Shown: positions 19,501-30,300 of the stretch, piece by piece
Numbering within the stretch: position 1 is the first letter of the stretch
How the letters are laid out: each line of letters starts with the position of its first letter
Assembly (NCBI GenBank): GCA_903881315.1
Contig: CAIRSR010000113.1
Coordinates: 4,693-68,692, forward strand
DNA length: 64,000 nucleotides
Source: an uncultured Thiotrichales bacterium
GTDB lineage: Bacteria; Pseudomonadota; Gammaproteobacteria; CAIRSR01
Direction: 5' to 3'
Translations under genes and position numbers: made by a program
Notes under the pieces: model-generated
The model's database searches: none
Told to the model about the DNA's origin: nothing
The model's input: the letters and a program-made list of their open reading frames with translations, nothing else

Positions 19501-22181
19501 TCAGCGAGCGCCTCTACGAGACGCCGTTTAGTAAGAGCGCCTTACCACTCCTTGAGGATCACCGCATCTTTGGTGCGTTGGTGGTTGCGGGTGCCTCGCA
19601 CCTCTCGTTAATAATTGGCGCGGTACTGGTCGAGGATGCGGCCCTGCCGCTGCAACTGCAACGGGTGGTCTTTCCCCAGGCGTTGGTAGTCACTGAGGAC
19701 GGCGAGCGACGGGTGCAATTGCTCCTGACCCCAAAGGCAGAAGGTGGGCTAAGCCTTCGCCTGGTGAGCTTTGGTGAGGAGACAGAACCTGCAGTACACG
19801 CCATCGGTGAGCTGGTGCGGCAAACGTCGCTGCCCTTTACCCCCCTCGACTGGGCAGGGTTGGCCCGCCGCTGTAACGAGGCGATGGTCGCCGAGGAACT
19901 TTACCTGGCCCAAGCGCGGCGTCAGATCGTGGTGGGCTCGAGTTATCGCTGGTTGCGTGAGGTCTGGCGTGGTTCGGGTGAGGCGATTGCGACCCTAGCG
20001 GCCCCGCAAGAGAGTGCTGCCCGCTTCGAGTTGCACCCGGGGCTTATCGATAGTTGTTTTGGTCTGCTCGTGACAACGGCAACCCTTGCCGCAGAAGAAA
20101 CGGTCATCCCGTTTTCGCTTGAGTCACTCACCCTCTACCAGCGTGTGCCCAATGAACCGCTGCGTGCCCATGCGAGATTGCGCGAGGGTAGTCCCGAGGG
20201 GCAACGCCTGGTGGGTGACATCTGGTTGGAAACCCTGAGTGGCGAGCCGGTTGCGAGTTTTATTGGCCTAGAGGGGCGGAAGGCAAGCCGAATGGCGCTG
20301 ACGGCCCTCATCGACCCCAGTAGTCGCTGGTTGTATCGGCGCGAGTGGCAGGCGCTCACCTTGCCGGGGGTGCTGACCGGCTCGGGGGTGTGGCTTTTGT
20401 GTTGCGATGCTGGCGGTTGTGGTGCTGCCTTGGCGGAACTCTGGCGGGCGCTCGGGCGGCAGGTGATTACCGTGGTTGCGGGTGGCGCGTTGGCGCGCCT
20501 GGACGCCAATCACTATCAGGTAGATGCAAGCGATGTAGCGCAATTGTCGGGATTGTTTCAGCAGATCAATAGGCCGCTTGCTGGGGTCATCAACCTCTGG
20601 CCGTTGGATGGCGCGACCATCGACTGGGAGGCCGTCGAGGCGCAACAGCAATCGATCCTTGGCACCAGTCTTGCGCTGCTGCGGGCGATGGCGGCAGCGC
20701 GGGTAGTGTCGCCGCTTATCCTGGTCGGCAGCCAGGGCTGTGCGGTGGGCGCAATCGACGCCTTGCCTGCGCCGCAGATGTCAACATTGATGGGACTTGT
20801 GCGGAGTGCGGTTGCCGAATATCCCGAGTGGCGCGTAGCGGTCGTTGATCTTGATCGGTGTGGCGCGGGGGCCGCTCGGCAGTTGAGTGATGGGGTGGCC
20901 TCTGTCCTGGGGGGTAGTGAGTTGTTGGTCGCGTGTCGCGACGGGCGGTTCTATGGGGAGCGACTGCAGCCCTATCGGCTGGCCTCTTCGGCCACCAAGA
21001 CACTCGCCGCCGATCAAACCTATCTGATTACTGGTGGCACGGGTGCTTTGGGGCTCGCGGTCGCGGAATGGCTGGTCGAGCGGGGCGTGCGCTTTCTTTT
21101 GTTGCTGGCGCGTCGTGCCCCAGACTCATCGGCGCTGACGGCTATGCTGCGCTTGCGTGCGCTTGGCGCACGGGTTGAGGTTCGCCTGGTTGATGTCGGT
21201 GATTTCGCGGCCCTTAGTCAAATCTGGGCCGAGGTTGGCGCAATACTCCCGCCCCTCTGTGGTGTGGTGCATCTCGCGGGCCAACTGGATGATGCGCCGC
21301 TTGCCGAGATGGATTGGTCGCGGCTCTATCGGCCCTTGTCGGCGAAGCTTGCGGGTGCTTGGAACCTGCATCGTTTGACCAGGGGAATGCCGCTTGATCT
21401 GTTTGTGTTATTTTCCTCCATGACCGCACTGCTCGGCAGTCCGGCGCAGGGTAACTATGCGGCGGCCAATGCCGCGCTGGGTGCCCTGGCTGTACATCGC
21501 CATCGTGCGGGTCTTCCGGCGCTTGCGGTGCATTGGGGGCCGTGGGCGGAGATCGGCATGGCGGCGCGATTGGCTGCCCACAACCAAGAGCGTCTTGTGG
21601 CGCTTGGGATCGACTCCTTGCTACCCGCCCATGCGCTCCGTGTGCTGGGTGGATTGCTTGAGCAGCCGCATGTCGCAGAGGTCGCGGTCATGGCGATTGA
21701 CTGGGATCGCTACCCGGCTGCGGTAGCCCCCCTGACTGCCCATCTCTGCGAGCGCTCACCCGTCGTTGCGAGTGGCGGCGGTTTGCTACAGACCTTGAGT
21801 GATTTGCCGCTGGCGCGTCGTCGTCCCGAGTTGTTGCGTTACCTCGGCAATCTGTTGAAAGAGGTGTTGCGCATGGAGGCGGGTAGTCGTATCGACCCAC
21901 GGGAGCGGTTGTTTGACATCGGTGTCGATTCGCTAATGGCGTTGGAGCTAAAAAATCGTCTCCAGCGTGATCTCGCGCTGACGCTACGGGTAACGCTCCT
22001 GTTTGACTATCCAAGCCTTGAGGCGTTGACCAATTATCTGCTCGATGATCTACTGGCGGCAACATTGCGCCAAGATACTGGTGTGGCCGGGGCAGGGGAG
22101 ACCACCATCGAGGAGATGACGGACGAGGATGCCGAGGCAGAACTGCTGGCACAACTTGCGCAGTTGGAGGGGCTTTCGTAG
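16578..22181 (+). CDS. Type I PKS, module 2: KS-AT-DH-KR-ACP
   Basis: N-terminal docking-like helix LLEIKELKSQLQQ. KS: DTACSSSL (17204), HGTGT, NIGH. AT: GQGSQYSGMG, GHSVGE (18609), SHAFHS. DH: HRIFGALVVAGASH (19560), LIDSCFG. KR: TGGTGALG (21026), LDD, YAAAN. ACP: IGVDSLM (21918). Confidence 0.95.
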   Translation: MSATSPDYRALMTKALLEIKELKSQLQQARMRDGEAIAIVGAACRFPGGANTLAGYWELLVNGRDGIVPVPPERWPVDAHYDPDPDAPGKICSREGGFIDQPVGHFDAAFFSISPREAESMDPQQRLLLELCWEALEHANYVPEKLFQSNSGVFIGASSQDHATRILGEAPFTDIDGYYGTGSAASPIAGRISYLFGFTGPSFVVDTACSSSLLSLHLACESLRRRECDLALGGGIQLLTHPGISIAFTKAHMLSVDGRCKTFDAAANGYARGEGGGIVVLKRLSDAVRDGDTILALIKGSAVNQDGPSGGLTVPSGPSQEAVIREALRRGAVDPSQVNFIEAHGTGTPLGDPIEVGALQGVFGNHRSSISPLWMASVKTNIGHLEAGAGIASVIKVMLSLRERTLAPHLHFKNPNPMIPWQQLPIRVLTGAAPWQPVAAGVPLTAGVSSFGFSGTNVHVVMSEAPMAASVTPPLPVAEPQAGGAVAEAPTPTGAPLPTDQLLVLAARSEPALHELVQRYIVRLADADESTWASIAHTAAVGRTHFAERLALAAASASEARLRLQAFAESRAEGSMLWRGTALEGRYPKVALLFSGQGSQYSGMGEALYRTGPIFREVIDRLSRVLEPLLGQSLPALLFAGGATLDETGNTQPALYALEVALAAQWQAWGGKIAAVLGHSVGEYAAAAVAGVFSLEDGARLIAERARLMQALPAGGGMVAVLTARAEVEAVLGSLALHGLGIAADNGPRSVVVSGGAGELSRLQGHFAALGVECRPLAVSHAFHSPLMTPMLAPFRARAETIAYHAPRIPIYSNVTGRCERTERFCSADYWVEHIQRPVLFQEALRALLADGCNLLVEAGPRPTLLGMGRTIAEALGLPLAADAGAWLPLLRHGEPPLQQALSTLGGYWCRGGAPDWSRLRGVPSGRVELPTYPFQRRRHWREVALNGQQGVGGFHGEQTVNHPLLARRFASPLISERLYETPFSKSALPLLEDHRIFGALVVAGASHLSLIIGAVLVEDAALPLQLQRVVFPQALVVTEDGERRVQLLLTPKAEGGLSLRLVSFGEETEPAVHAIGELVRQTSLPFTPLDWAGLARRCNEAMVAEELYLAQARRQIVVGSSYRWLREVWRGSGEAIATLAAPQESAARFELHPGLIDSCFGLLVTTATLAAEETVIPFSLESLTLYQRVPNEPLRAHARLREGSPEGQRLVGDIWLETLSGEPVASFIGLEGRKASRMALTALIDPSSRWLYRREWQALTLPGVLTGSGVWLLCCDAGGCGAALAELWRALGRQVITVVAGGALARLDANHYQVDASDVAQLSGLFQQINRPLAGVINLWPLDGATIDWEAVEAQQQSILGTSLALLRAMAAARVVSPLILVGSQGCAVGAIDALPAPQMSTLMGLVRSAVAEYPEWRVAVVDLDRCGAGAARQLSDGVASVLGGSELLVACRDGRFYGERLQPYRLASSATKTLAADQTYLITGGTGALGLAVAEWLVERGVRFLLLLARRAPDSSALTAMLRLRALGARVEVRLVDVGDFAALSQIWAEVGAILPPLCGVVHLAGQLDDAPLAEMDWSRLYRPLSAKLAGAWNLHRLTRGMPLDLFVLFSSMTALLGSPAQGNYAAANAALGALAVHRHRAGLPALAVHWGPWAEIGMAARLAAHNQERLVALGIDSLLPAHALRVLGGLLEQPHVAEVAVMAIDWDRYPAAVAPLTAHLCERSPVVASGGGLLQTLSDLPLARRRPELLRYLGNLLKEVLRMEAGSRIDPRERLFDIGVDSLMALELKNRLQRDLALTLRVTLLFDYPSLEALTNYLLDDLLAATLRQDTGVAGAGETTIEEMTDEDAEAELLAQLAQLEGLS

Positions 22182-22232
22182 TTTGGTGAATTGCAGTCGT
22201 CGCGTCGCTCTCTGAATGGTTGGAGGTTGGCT

Positions 22233-24203
22233 ATGAAAAAAGCTCTGGTTGTTGTGGCCGTGATCGTGGCTATCGTGGTGGTCGGCGTTCTTGCGGTGCC
22301 GGTGTTGTTTTCGGCGGAGCGGGTCAAGACGGAACTGGTCGCCAAGGTGAAGGAAATGACCGGGCGCGACCTCACCATCGGTGGCAGGTTTGCGTTCTCG
22401 CTGCTGCCGACGCTTGGCGTACAGGCAGAGGGTCTGACGCTGGCTAATCCACCTGGCTATCGTTCGCCCGCCCTTCTTCAGCTCCGCGAACTGGATGCGC
22501 ACCTTAAGCTCTGGCCGTTGTTGATGGGCCGCTTCGAGCTGGATGGCGTTGTCCTGCGCGCCCCGACCATCTCCCTTGAGGTTGACGGGAACGGTCGCGG
22601 CAACTGGCTACTGACCAAAGCGGCGGTTGCACGAGCGGCAGAAACAAGTCCTCTGGCACCAGCAGCGCTCCCCCCCGTGCCCGCAAGTGCTGGCAAAGGG
22701 GCTGGTGGCGTGAAAGGGGTATCCGACGTTCGCTTGGGTGACGTTCGCATTGAGGCTGGTACACTCACCTACCTTGGCGATAAGGGCGTTACCGAGACCG
22801 CCGAGGGTGTGGATTTTGATCTCATCATGAATAGCCTGGACGAACCGCTGACGGTTAAGGGTGGGCTCATCTGGCATGGTCAGGCCCTCGCGGTGGACAT
22901 GACGTTTGCGAGGCCCCGTGCCCTTCTCGAAGGCCGCGACAGTGCGGGGAGTGTGAATCTCGCGTCCCAGTCGTTGCGCTTGGCCTTTGCTGGCTCTTTC
23001 GGTGGCGCGAGTACTGGGACGCTTGAGGTTACGTCACCGTCGTTGCGCTCGCTCGCCGCGTGGGTGGAGGGTAGGCCCGTGGCGAGTAGTGGCCTGGGCC
23101 CGTTCGCAATGAAGGCGCATGTGGCGGCGGATGCGGGGCTGCTTGCGCTTACGGATGTGATGCTTTCACTGGATGCAAGCAAGGCCACGGGCAGATTGTC
23201 GGCTGCACTGGGAGGCGCACGGCCCGCGATGAAGGGCCAGCTTGACCTCGAAACCCTTGATCTCACTCCCTATTCGACTCCAGAGGACAAGGCGGCTAGC
23301 AACGTGCCTGCTGCGCCGTCGGACGATCAGGCAATCATTAAGTCTCATTCAGACTGGAGTGATGACGCAATTGACGCCTCGCTGCTGCGCTCGGTCGATG
23401 CGGATGTCGCGCTCCATGCGGCCTCAATCCGCTTGCGGCAAGAAGAGGTGGGGCATAGCGCACTACAGGTCGCCCTCCATGACGGGAAGCTCACCGCTGT
23501 TCTTGCCGATACCGTGTTCTTTCAGGGCAAGGGCGCGGGACAGATTGCGTTGGATGGCACGGGGGTAGGCGTTCTGGCGGATGTCCAATTCGCGCTGACC
23601 GACGTACAGGCGGGGCATTTGCTTGCTGCTTTTGGCATTGGTTGGCTAGAGGGCGAGGCCAATACCGAGTGGCAACTCGCCCTGCACGGCGCGAGTCCGC
23701 GTCAGTTGGTCTCATCCCTTAGCGGAAAGGGGACGCTCATCTGTGAGAATGGCGCGGTTCGGGGCATCAATCTTGGCGCAGCGGGGCGCAATGCCGCGTC
23801 TGGCCGCTTACCGGATGGGCAAGACGCGCCAAAAACCGCCTTCTCTGATCTATCGGGTTCGTTCTCGATTGCGGATGGGGTAGTGACCAACCGTGATCTA
23901 AAGCTGAACGCGCCGCTGTTGCGGGTGACTGGTGCGGGGAGTGTTGACCTACCCAAACGCACGGTGCAGTACCGCATTGAGCCGACACTCCTCGCCAATC
24001 AGGAAGGGCAAGGTAAACCGAAGGGTGACGGTGGACTCACGGTGCCGATCATCGTCGATGGTTCACTAGATGAGGTGCATTTCCGCCCCGACCTCGAGAG
24101 CCTTGCGAAGAGCAAGGCCGTATCTGGCGTGAGAGACTTTCTAAAGCACCAGACCTTGCCGAAGGGTTTGCCGTTCGATCCAGCCAAGTTGTTTGGCCAA
24201 TGA
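22233..24203 (+). CDS. asmA: AsmA-family envelope protein
   Basis: GGAGG lies 6 nt before ATG 22233. N-terminal anchor MKKALVVVAVIVAIVVVGVLAV. AsmA-like N-terminus (VKEMTGRDLTIGG..LLPTLGVQAEGLTLANPPG...LKLWPLL.GRFELDGVVL) and C-terminus (GSFSIADGVVTNRDLKLNAPLLRVTGAGSVDL). Same strand and same high GC as the flanking PKS genes. Confidence 0.8.
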   Translation: MKKALVVVAVIVAIVVVGVLAVPVLFSAERVKTELVAKVKEMTGRDLTIGGRFAFSLLPTLGVQAEGLTLANPPGYRSPALLQLRELDAHLKLWPLLMGRFELDGVVLRAPTISLEVDGNGRGNWLLTKAAVARAAETSPLAPAALPPVPASAGKGAGGVKGVSDVRLGDVRIEAGTLTYLGDKGVTETAEGVDFDLIMNSLDEPLTVKGGLIWHGQALAVDMTFARPRALLEGRDSAGSVNLASQSLRLAFAGSFGGASTGTLEVTSPSLRSLAAWVEGRPVASSGLGPFAMKAHVAADAGLLALTDVMLSLDASKATGRLSAALGGARPAMKGQLDLETLDLTPYSTPEDKAASNVPAAPSDDQAIIKSHSDWSDDAIDASLLRSVDADVALHAASIRLRQEEVGHSALQVALHDGKLTAVLADTVFFQGKGAGQIALDGTGVGVLADVQFALTDVQAGHLLAAFGIGWLEGEANTEWQLALHGASPRQLVSSLSGKGTLICENGAVRGINLGAAGRNAASGRLPDGQDAPKTAFSDLSGSFSIADGVVTNRDLKLNAPLLRVTGAGSVDLPKRTVQYRIEPTLLANQEGQGKPKGDGGLTVPIIVDGSLDEVHFRPDLESLAKSKAVSGVRDFLKHQTLPKGLPFDPAKLFGQ

Positions 24204-24305
24204 TCGGTCGAAAAGGGCAGTAGGGAAACTACGCCGACACCGCTGCCTGGGGCGATGCTTGCGGCGCACTGATTCAACCAGAGAAAAAGGCAGAAGCCAA
24301 CCAAT

Positions 24306-27300
24306 ATGACGCAGAAACCGGAACTTTCTCCGACCAAACGGGCGTTGCTGGCGCTACAAGAAATGCAGGCAAAGGTGGCGCGGTTGGAGAGCCAGCAGCG
24401 CGAACCGATCGCTGTGGTGGCGATGGCGTGCCGTTTTCCTGGGGGTGCCAATACCCCGGAGGCGTTTTGGCAGATGCTCTGCGAGGCGCGTGATGCGATC
24501 ACCGAGATACCCCCCGAGCGTTGGGACGTGGAGGCCTACTATGACAAAGACCCCAATGTCCCAGGCAAGATGTACACCCGCTTTGGTAGTTTCTTAAGCG
24601 CGATTGATGCGTTTGACCCGATCTTTTTTGGCATTACCCCGCGTGAGGCGCACTCCATCGACCCCCAGCACCGCTTGTTGCTACCGGTGACCTGGGAGGC
24701 GCTAGAGAATGGTGGTTTTGATGTCAACGCCTTGTACGGTAGTCGCACCGGCGTCTATGTCGGGATTAGTAATTTCGAGTATGGCGCGGCCCTCTGGTCG
24801 GATAGCCCGGAGCGGATCAGCGCCTATTCTGGCACCGGTGGTTCGCTCGGGGTGGCTGCGGGTCGTTTGTCCTATACGTTTGGGTTCACCGGCCCGAGCA
24901 TGATCATCGATACCGCCTGTTCCTCGTCGCTCGTCACCACCCACCTCGCGATGCAGGCATTGCGGCTTGGGGAGTGTGATCTCGCGATCAGTGCTGGCGT
25001 CAATCTCATCTACGGCCCAGAGACCCATATCAATTTCTGTAAGGCGCGGATGCTGGCTGCCGATGGCCACTGCAAGACCTTCTCTGCCGCCGCCGATGGC
25101 TACGCCCGAGGGGAAGGGGTCGGGGTCTTGGTGTTGAAGCGTCTAAGCGACGCTAAACGCGATGGCGATACGGTGCTTGCCTTATTGCGGGGTTCGGCAG
25201 TCAATCAGGATGGGCCGAGTGGCGGCCTTACCGTGCCGAACGGGCCGTCGCAGGTCAAGGTGATCCGCGCTGCCCTGGCGAGTGGCGAGATTCACCCTGA
25301 TCAAGTGGGCTACCTAGAGGCCCACGGTACGGGTACAGCACTCGGCGATCCGATCGAGATGGGGGCGCTTGCGACTGTCTTTGGGTTGCGCAAGACGCCG
25401 CTCCGTGTTGCCTCGGTGAAGACCAATGTGGGGCATTTGGAGTCGGCGGCGGGTATCGCGGGGTTGATCAAGGCCGTCCTTTCGGTGCAACACGGGGCGA
25501 TTGCGCCGCATCGCAATTTCGAGCAACCAAGCCCGCATATCGACTGGGCGTCAATCTCGGTTGCAATCCCTACGGCCCTCACCGAGTGGCCAGATCCGGT
25601 GCGGATTGTCGGGGTTAGCTCCTTTAGTTTTAGTGGCACCAATGCCCATGTGGTGGTGTCGAATGATGTTCCCGTGGGCGCGACCGTTGAAGCGCTTACA
25701 CACGAGCCGTCCCCGCTGGTTGCGCCAACGACCTGGCCCGCAACGCGCCTGCTCGCGTTGTCGGCGAAGAGTAGTGCTGGGCTACAGGCGTTGGCTGCGC
25801 GGGTCGCAGATGACCTGGAGCGTCGCCCGAGCAACGCCTGGCATGGCTACTGTGTCGCGGCTGCCCGTGGGCGCGGTCACTATAGCCATCGTCTCACGTT
25901 ACTCGCCGACACCCCAGCGGCTGCCGCCACACGGTTGCGAGTGGGTGAGGCGCAGACCAGTCGCCGTCCGGTGAATCCGCCGCGCATCGCCTTTCTGTTT
26001 ACTGGACAGGGTGCGCAGTATCTCCAGATGGGGCGAGAACTCTATGAACAAGAGCCTTATTTTCGGTCGATTTTAGAACAATGCGAGGCCATCGCGAGTC
26101 CGCTGATTGGGCGTTCGTTGCTCGGGCTGTTGTATCCCGCGCCCGAGGCGGCGACACCCGAGGCGGAGGCCCTACTGGCCGCGACCGAGTATACCCAGCC
26201 TTTGCTGTTCGCAATCGAATATGGGTTGGCACAGTTGTGGCGGCATTGGGGTATCGAGCCGGAGGCGCTGATTGGTCATAGTGTCGGCGAGTTGGTGGCG
26301 GCGACGGTTGCGGGTCTCTGGACGCTAGAAACCGGGTTGACCTTAACCTGTGCGCGGGGTCGTCTGCTCGCAGCCTTGTGTTCGCCGGGTGCGATGGCCT
26401 CTGTCCCGTTAAGCTCGGCGGCGGTCAGTGCCCGTTTGGCGACCTATCGCGAGCGGGCGAGCGGGGTGGTGCTTGCGAGCATCAACGGCCCTGAGAGTGT
26501 CGCGGTCGCGGGAAGTGCCGCTTCTCTCAACGCGCTCATTGCGGCGCTTGCCGCCGAGGGGATTGAGGCTAAGCCATTACGGGTCTCCCACGCCTTTCAT
26601 TCGCCGCTCGTTGAGCCCATGATCGCGGCGTTTCGGGCGGAACTTGGCTCGGTGAGGTTTGCGACCCCAACCATCCCGATTCTCTCTAACCTCAATGGTG
26701 AGTTTGCTGACCCGCAGGTGCTTGCTACTCCCGCTTACTGGTGCCGACATCTCCGTGAACCGGTGCGTTTTGCCGATGGGTTGGCGCGACTGTTGGCGGA
26801 GGGTTTCGATACCTTTATTGAAGTAGGCCCAAAGCCAACCCTCTGTGCCTTTGGGATGGCGCAAGCGGAGGCTCTTGGGATGACGGCGAGCTGGTTGCCG
26901 AGCTTGCGCTATCGCGTCGAACCCTGGCGGCAGTTGTTGCTTAGTCTTGGCGAACTCTATCGTCTTGGTCTGGATGTGGCCGCCTCGGCGCTGGCGCAGG
27001 GGGGGCCGCGCTATCCGCTCAGATTGCCGAATATGCCGTTCCAGACCGATCACTACTGGCTAGAGAAACCAGCAGAGCGGGTGCGCCTGCGTGGTGGTCA
27101 TCCGCTGCTGGGCGAGCGGCTTGAGACGCCGTTGCTTGCAGCGGGTGGGGTATTGTTTGTCAATGAACTCTCCGCCGAGAGTTTTCTTGCCCACCACCAG
27201 ATCTTTGGCCAGGTCGTGTTGCCTGCAGCGGGGCATATGGAGATGGCGTTGGCGGCGGCGGGGGCGTTGCTGCCGAACGGCGCGTGGCTCCGCGAGGTCA

Positions 27301-30300
27301 CTATCCAGCGGGCGCTCGTCCTGCCAGTCGCGGCTGCGCTGCCCGTGCAGATGGTGTTGCAAGCGAGCGCGGATGGCTACCGCTTTACCATCTATGCGCC
27401 GACCGAGGGCGTTCCCGGGGCTACTTGGCAGCCGTATTCCGCAGGCGAGTTGGTCGCGGGGGTCTTGCCGCTTCGCCCCATGATTACGCTGGATGAGATG
27501 CGAGCGCACTGTGATGAGGCGTTTCCGGTTAGCGAATACTATCGGCTGGCGCACTCGGTGGGGATTGCCCACAGCGCAGACTTCCAGGCGCTGACCGGTC
27601 TCTGGCGTGCGCCGGATGCGGTGCTGGCGAGGATTGAACTGCCGCCTGCGCTGGCGGGGGAGGCGGGCGCGTTTCGGTTGCATCCGGTGCTCTTGGATGC
27701 GGCCTTTCAGGCGGCGAGTGTGTTGCTGCTCGCGCGCGGTGTTACCTACCTGCCGGTCGGTCTTGCCGAGTTACAGACTACCCGCCCGTTGCCCAAACAG
27801 TTGTGGTGCTGGGTCACGGCGCAGGCGGGCGCGGAGGACGCACGGTTGTTTCTGGCTGACCTGCAATTGTTCGATGATGAGGGTGAGCAGATTGCTGAGG
27901 TGCGCGGGCTTTGCTTCCAGCAGGTTGATGTCCACGTCCTCACCGACGCCAGGCGGCGCTATGGGTCGTGGCTCTACCAGATTGCCTGGGAGACGCAACC
28001 GCTCTTTGGTGTGCAGCCACCGTGCTCACCGCCACAATTGGGTGTCGCGCTCGCCGAGGCAACGCGCGAACTGGTGCCGCAGTGCGCGTTTTATCAGCCG
28101 TTTTTGGCGGGTCTTGAGCAGTTGGCGGGCGGCTATATCCAACAAGCGCTACAGCAGTGTGGTTGGCAGCCAGCGCCGAACAGTGTCTTTACTACCCCTG
28201 CCTTGGCCAAACAACTCGGTGTGCAAGAGTCCTTTGCTGCGTTGTTTGAGCGCTGTCTCGCCATCCTCGCCGAGGACGGTGTTCTCCGCCGCGAGGCCGA
28301 CCAGTGGCGGGTAGTGACGCCCCTTGTGGCGTTGTCTCCTGCTGTGGTCGAGGCATTGCGTCTGCAGTATCCGGCGGCGCTGCCGGAGATTACGCTCTTG
28401 GAGCGTTGCGCGAGCGTTCTTGCTGGTGTGTGGCGTGGTGAGGTCAATCCACTGCATCTCTTGTTCCCAGAAGGTTCGCTTTCGGTCACGACGTTGCTCT
28501 ACCAGCATTCGGTGGGGGCGCGGATCATCAATGATCTGCTGGCGTCTGCGGTGCAACGAGCGGTTGCGGGTCTGCCGACAACCCAGGGCATTCGCATCCT
28601 AGAGATCGGCGGCGGCACCGGTGGCACCACGACGCGCTTGTTGCCACTGCTTCCGGTGGGGCGTAGCGATTATCTGTTTACTGACATCTCGACCTACTTT
28701 ACCAACCATGCCAAGCAGCAGTTTGGCGGCGAGTATGGCTTTGTCCGTTACGGATTGCTCGATATTGAGAAATCACCACCGGCGGAACTGTGCGGCCAGT
28801 TTGACCTTGTCGTTGCCGCGAATGTGGTACACGCCACCCGTGTGCTTGGCGAGACCCTGGCCCATTGCGCGGAACTGCTGGCCCCAGGCGGGATGTTGGT
28901 GCTCCTCGAGGCAGAGGCCCGCCAACGCTGGCTCGATCTCACTTTTGGCATGACCGACGGTTGGTGGCGCTTTATCGGTAGCGACCCGTTCCGCGCTGAT
29001 TATCCCCTCTTGACGACCGAGCAATGGCGTACATTACTGCCAACCTGTGGGTTTGATGGGGTGACGATACTCGGGCCCGATCAATACAGCGAAGCGGCAC
29101 AGTTACGCCAAAACATCGTTCTCGCACGACGCGCTCTGCGGGAGGTTGCTCTCCCGCCCCGTCTTGCGCTGGGTCGTTGGTTGATTGTTGGCGACAGTGG
29201 GCCCGGGGGGGTTGGCGCACTCTTGGCCGAGCGCTGTGTCGGACGCGCAACGCTGGTTGCCCGTGACGCTTTTCTTAGCAACAGTGCCGCATTGTTGGCA
29301 GAACCGCTCGCGGGGGTTGTGTTGGTGTATGCCCTCGAAGAAGACACGCCCCTCGAAGCGCCCCAAGCACTGCTTCATGCACAAGAGCGTATCAGTACGC
29401 CGTTGTTGCGGTTGTTGCAGGGTTTGGGGAATGAGCGGACGTGCGCATTGTGGGTGGTCACCCGTGCGGCGATAGCCGTACCGTCCGATCCGTCTTGCGA
29501 GGCTTCCGACTTGGCGCGTGACGCACAAGGTCTGGTGCAGACCGTGCTGCATGGCCTGATGCGCAGTGCCGTTGTCGAATATCCGCAATTACAAACGGTG
29601 GTTCTCGACCTCCCCGCCGCTGAAAGCAAGGCCGCGAGCGCCGAGCGCGTCTGGCGCGAGTTTGCCGCAGCGCAACAACCCGAGGAGGTGGTGGTGCTGC
29701 GCGATGCGGGTCGGTTCGTGCGTCGGCTGCAACGCGATGACGCCCAACCCGTCGCGAAACGCTTGAGTCTTAGCGCCGAGGCTTCTTATCTCATTACGGG
29801 TGGTCTTGGTGACCTTGGGCTGCTCGTGGCGCACTACCTAGTAGAGCAGGGGGCACGCTACCTGGTCTTGCTCGGGCGGAATGGGCCGCGTGAGAGTGCG
29901 AAGGCAAGTCTCGCGGCACTCGAAGCGGCTGGGGCTGTGGTCGAGATTGCAACGCTTGATATTACCGATGACCTCGCGCTTCAGGCCTTGCTCGCATTGC
30001 CTCGGCCACCCCTGCGTGGGGTTGTCCATGCGGTTGGTGCGCTTAGCAACGGCGCTTTGGCGACAATGGACTGGCCGAGGCTTGCGTCCGTCTTGAGCGC
30101 CAAGGTGTTGGGTGGCTGGAACTTACACCAGGCAACCGAGACGTTGCCGCTTGATTTCTTTATCCTATTTTCTTCGATCAGCTCAGTATTCTGGTCGGAG
30201 GCGCAAGGCAACTATGCTGCCGCCAATGCCTTTCTTGATGAGCTGGCGGGATTCCGAGAGCAACGACAACTGCCCGCACTCGTGATCAACTGGGGCGCTT

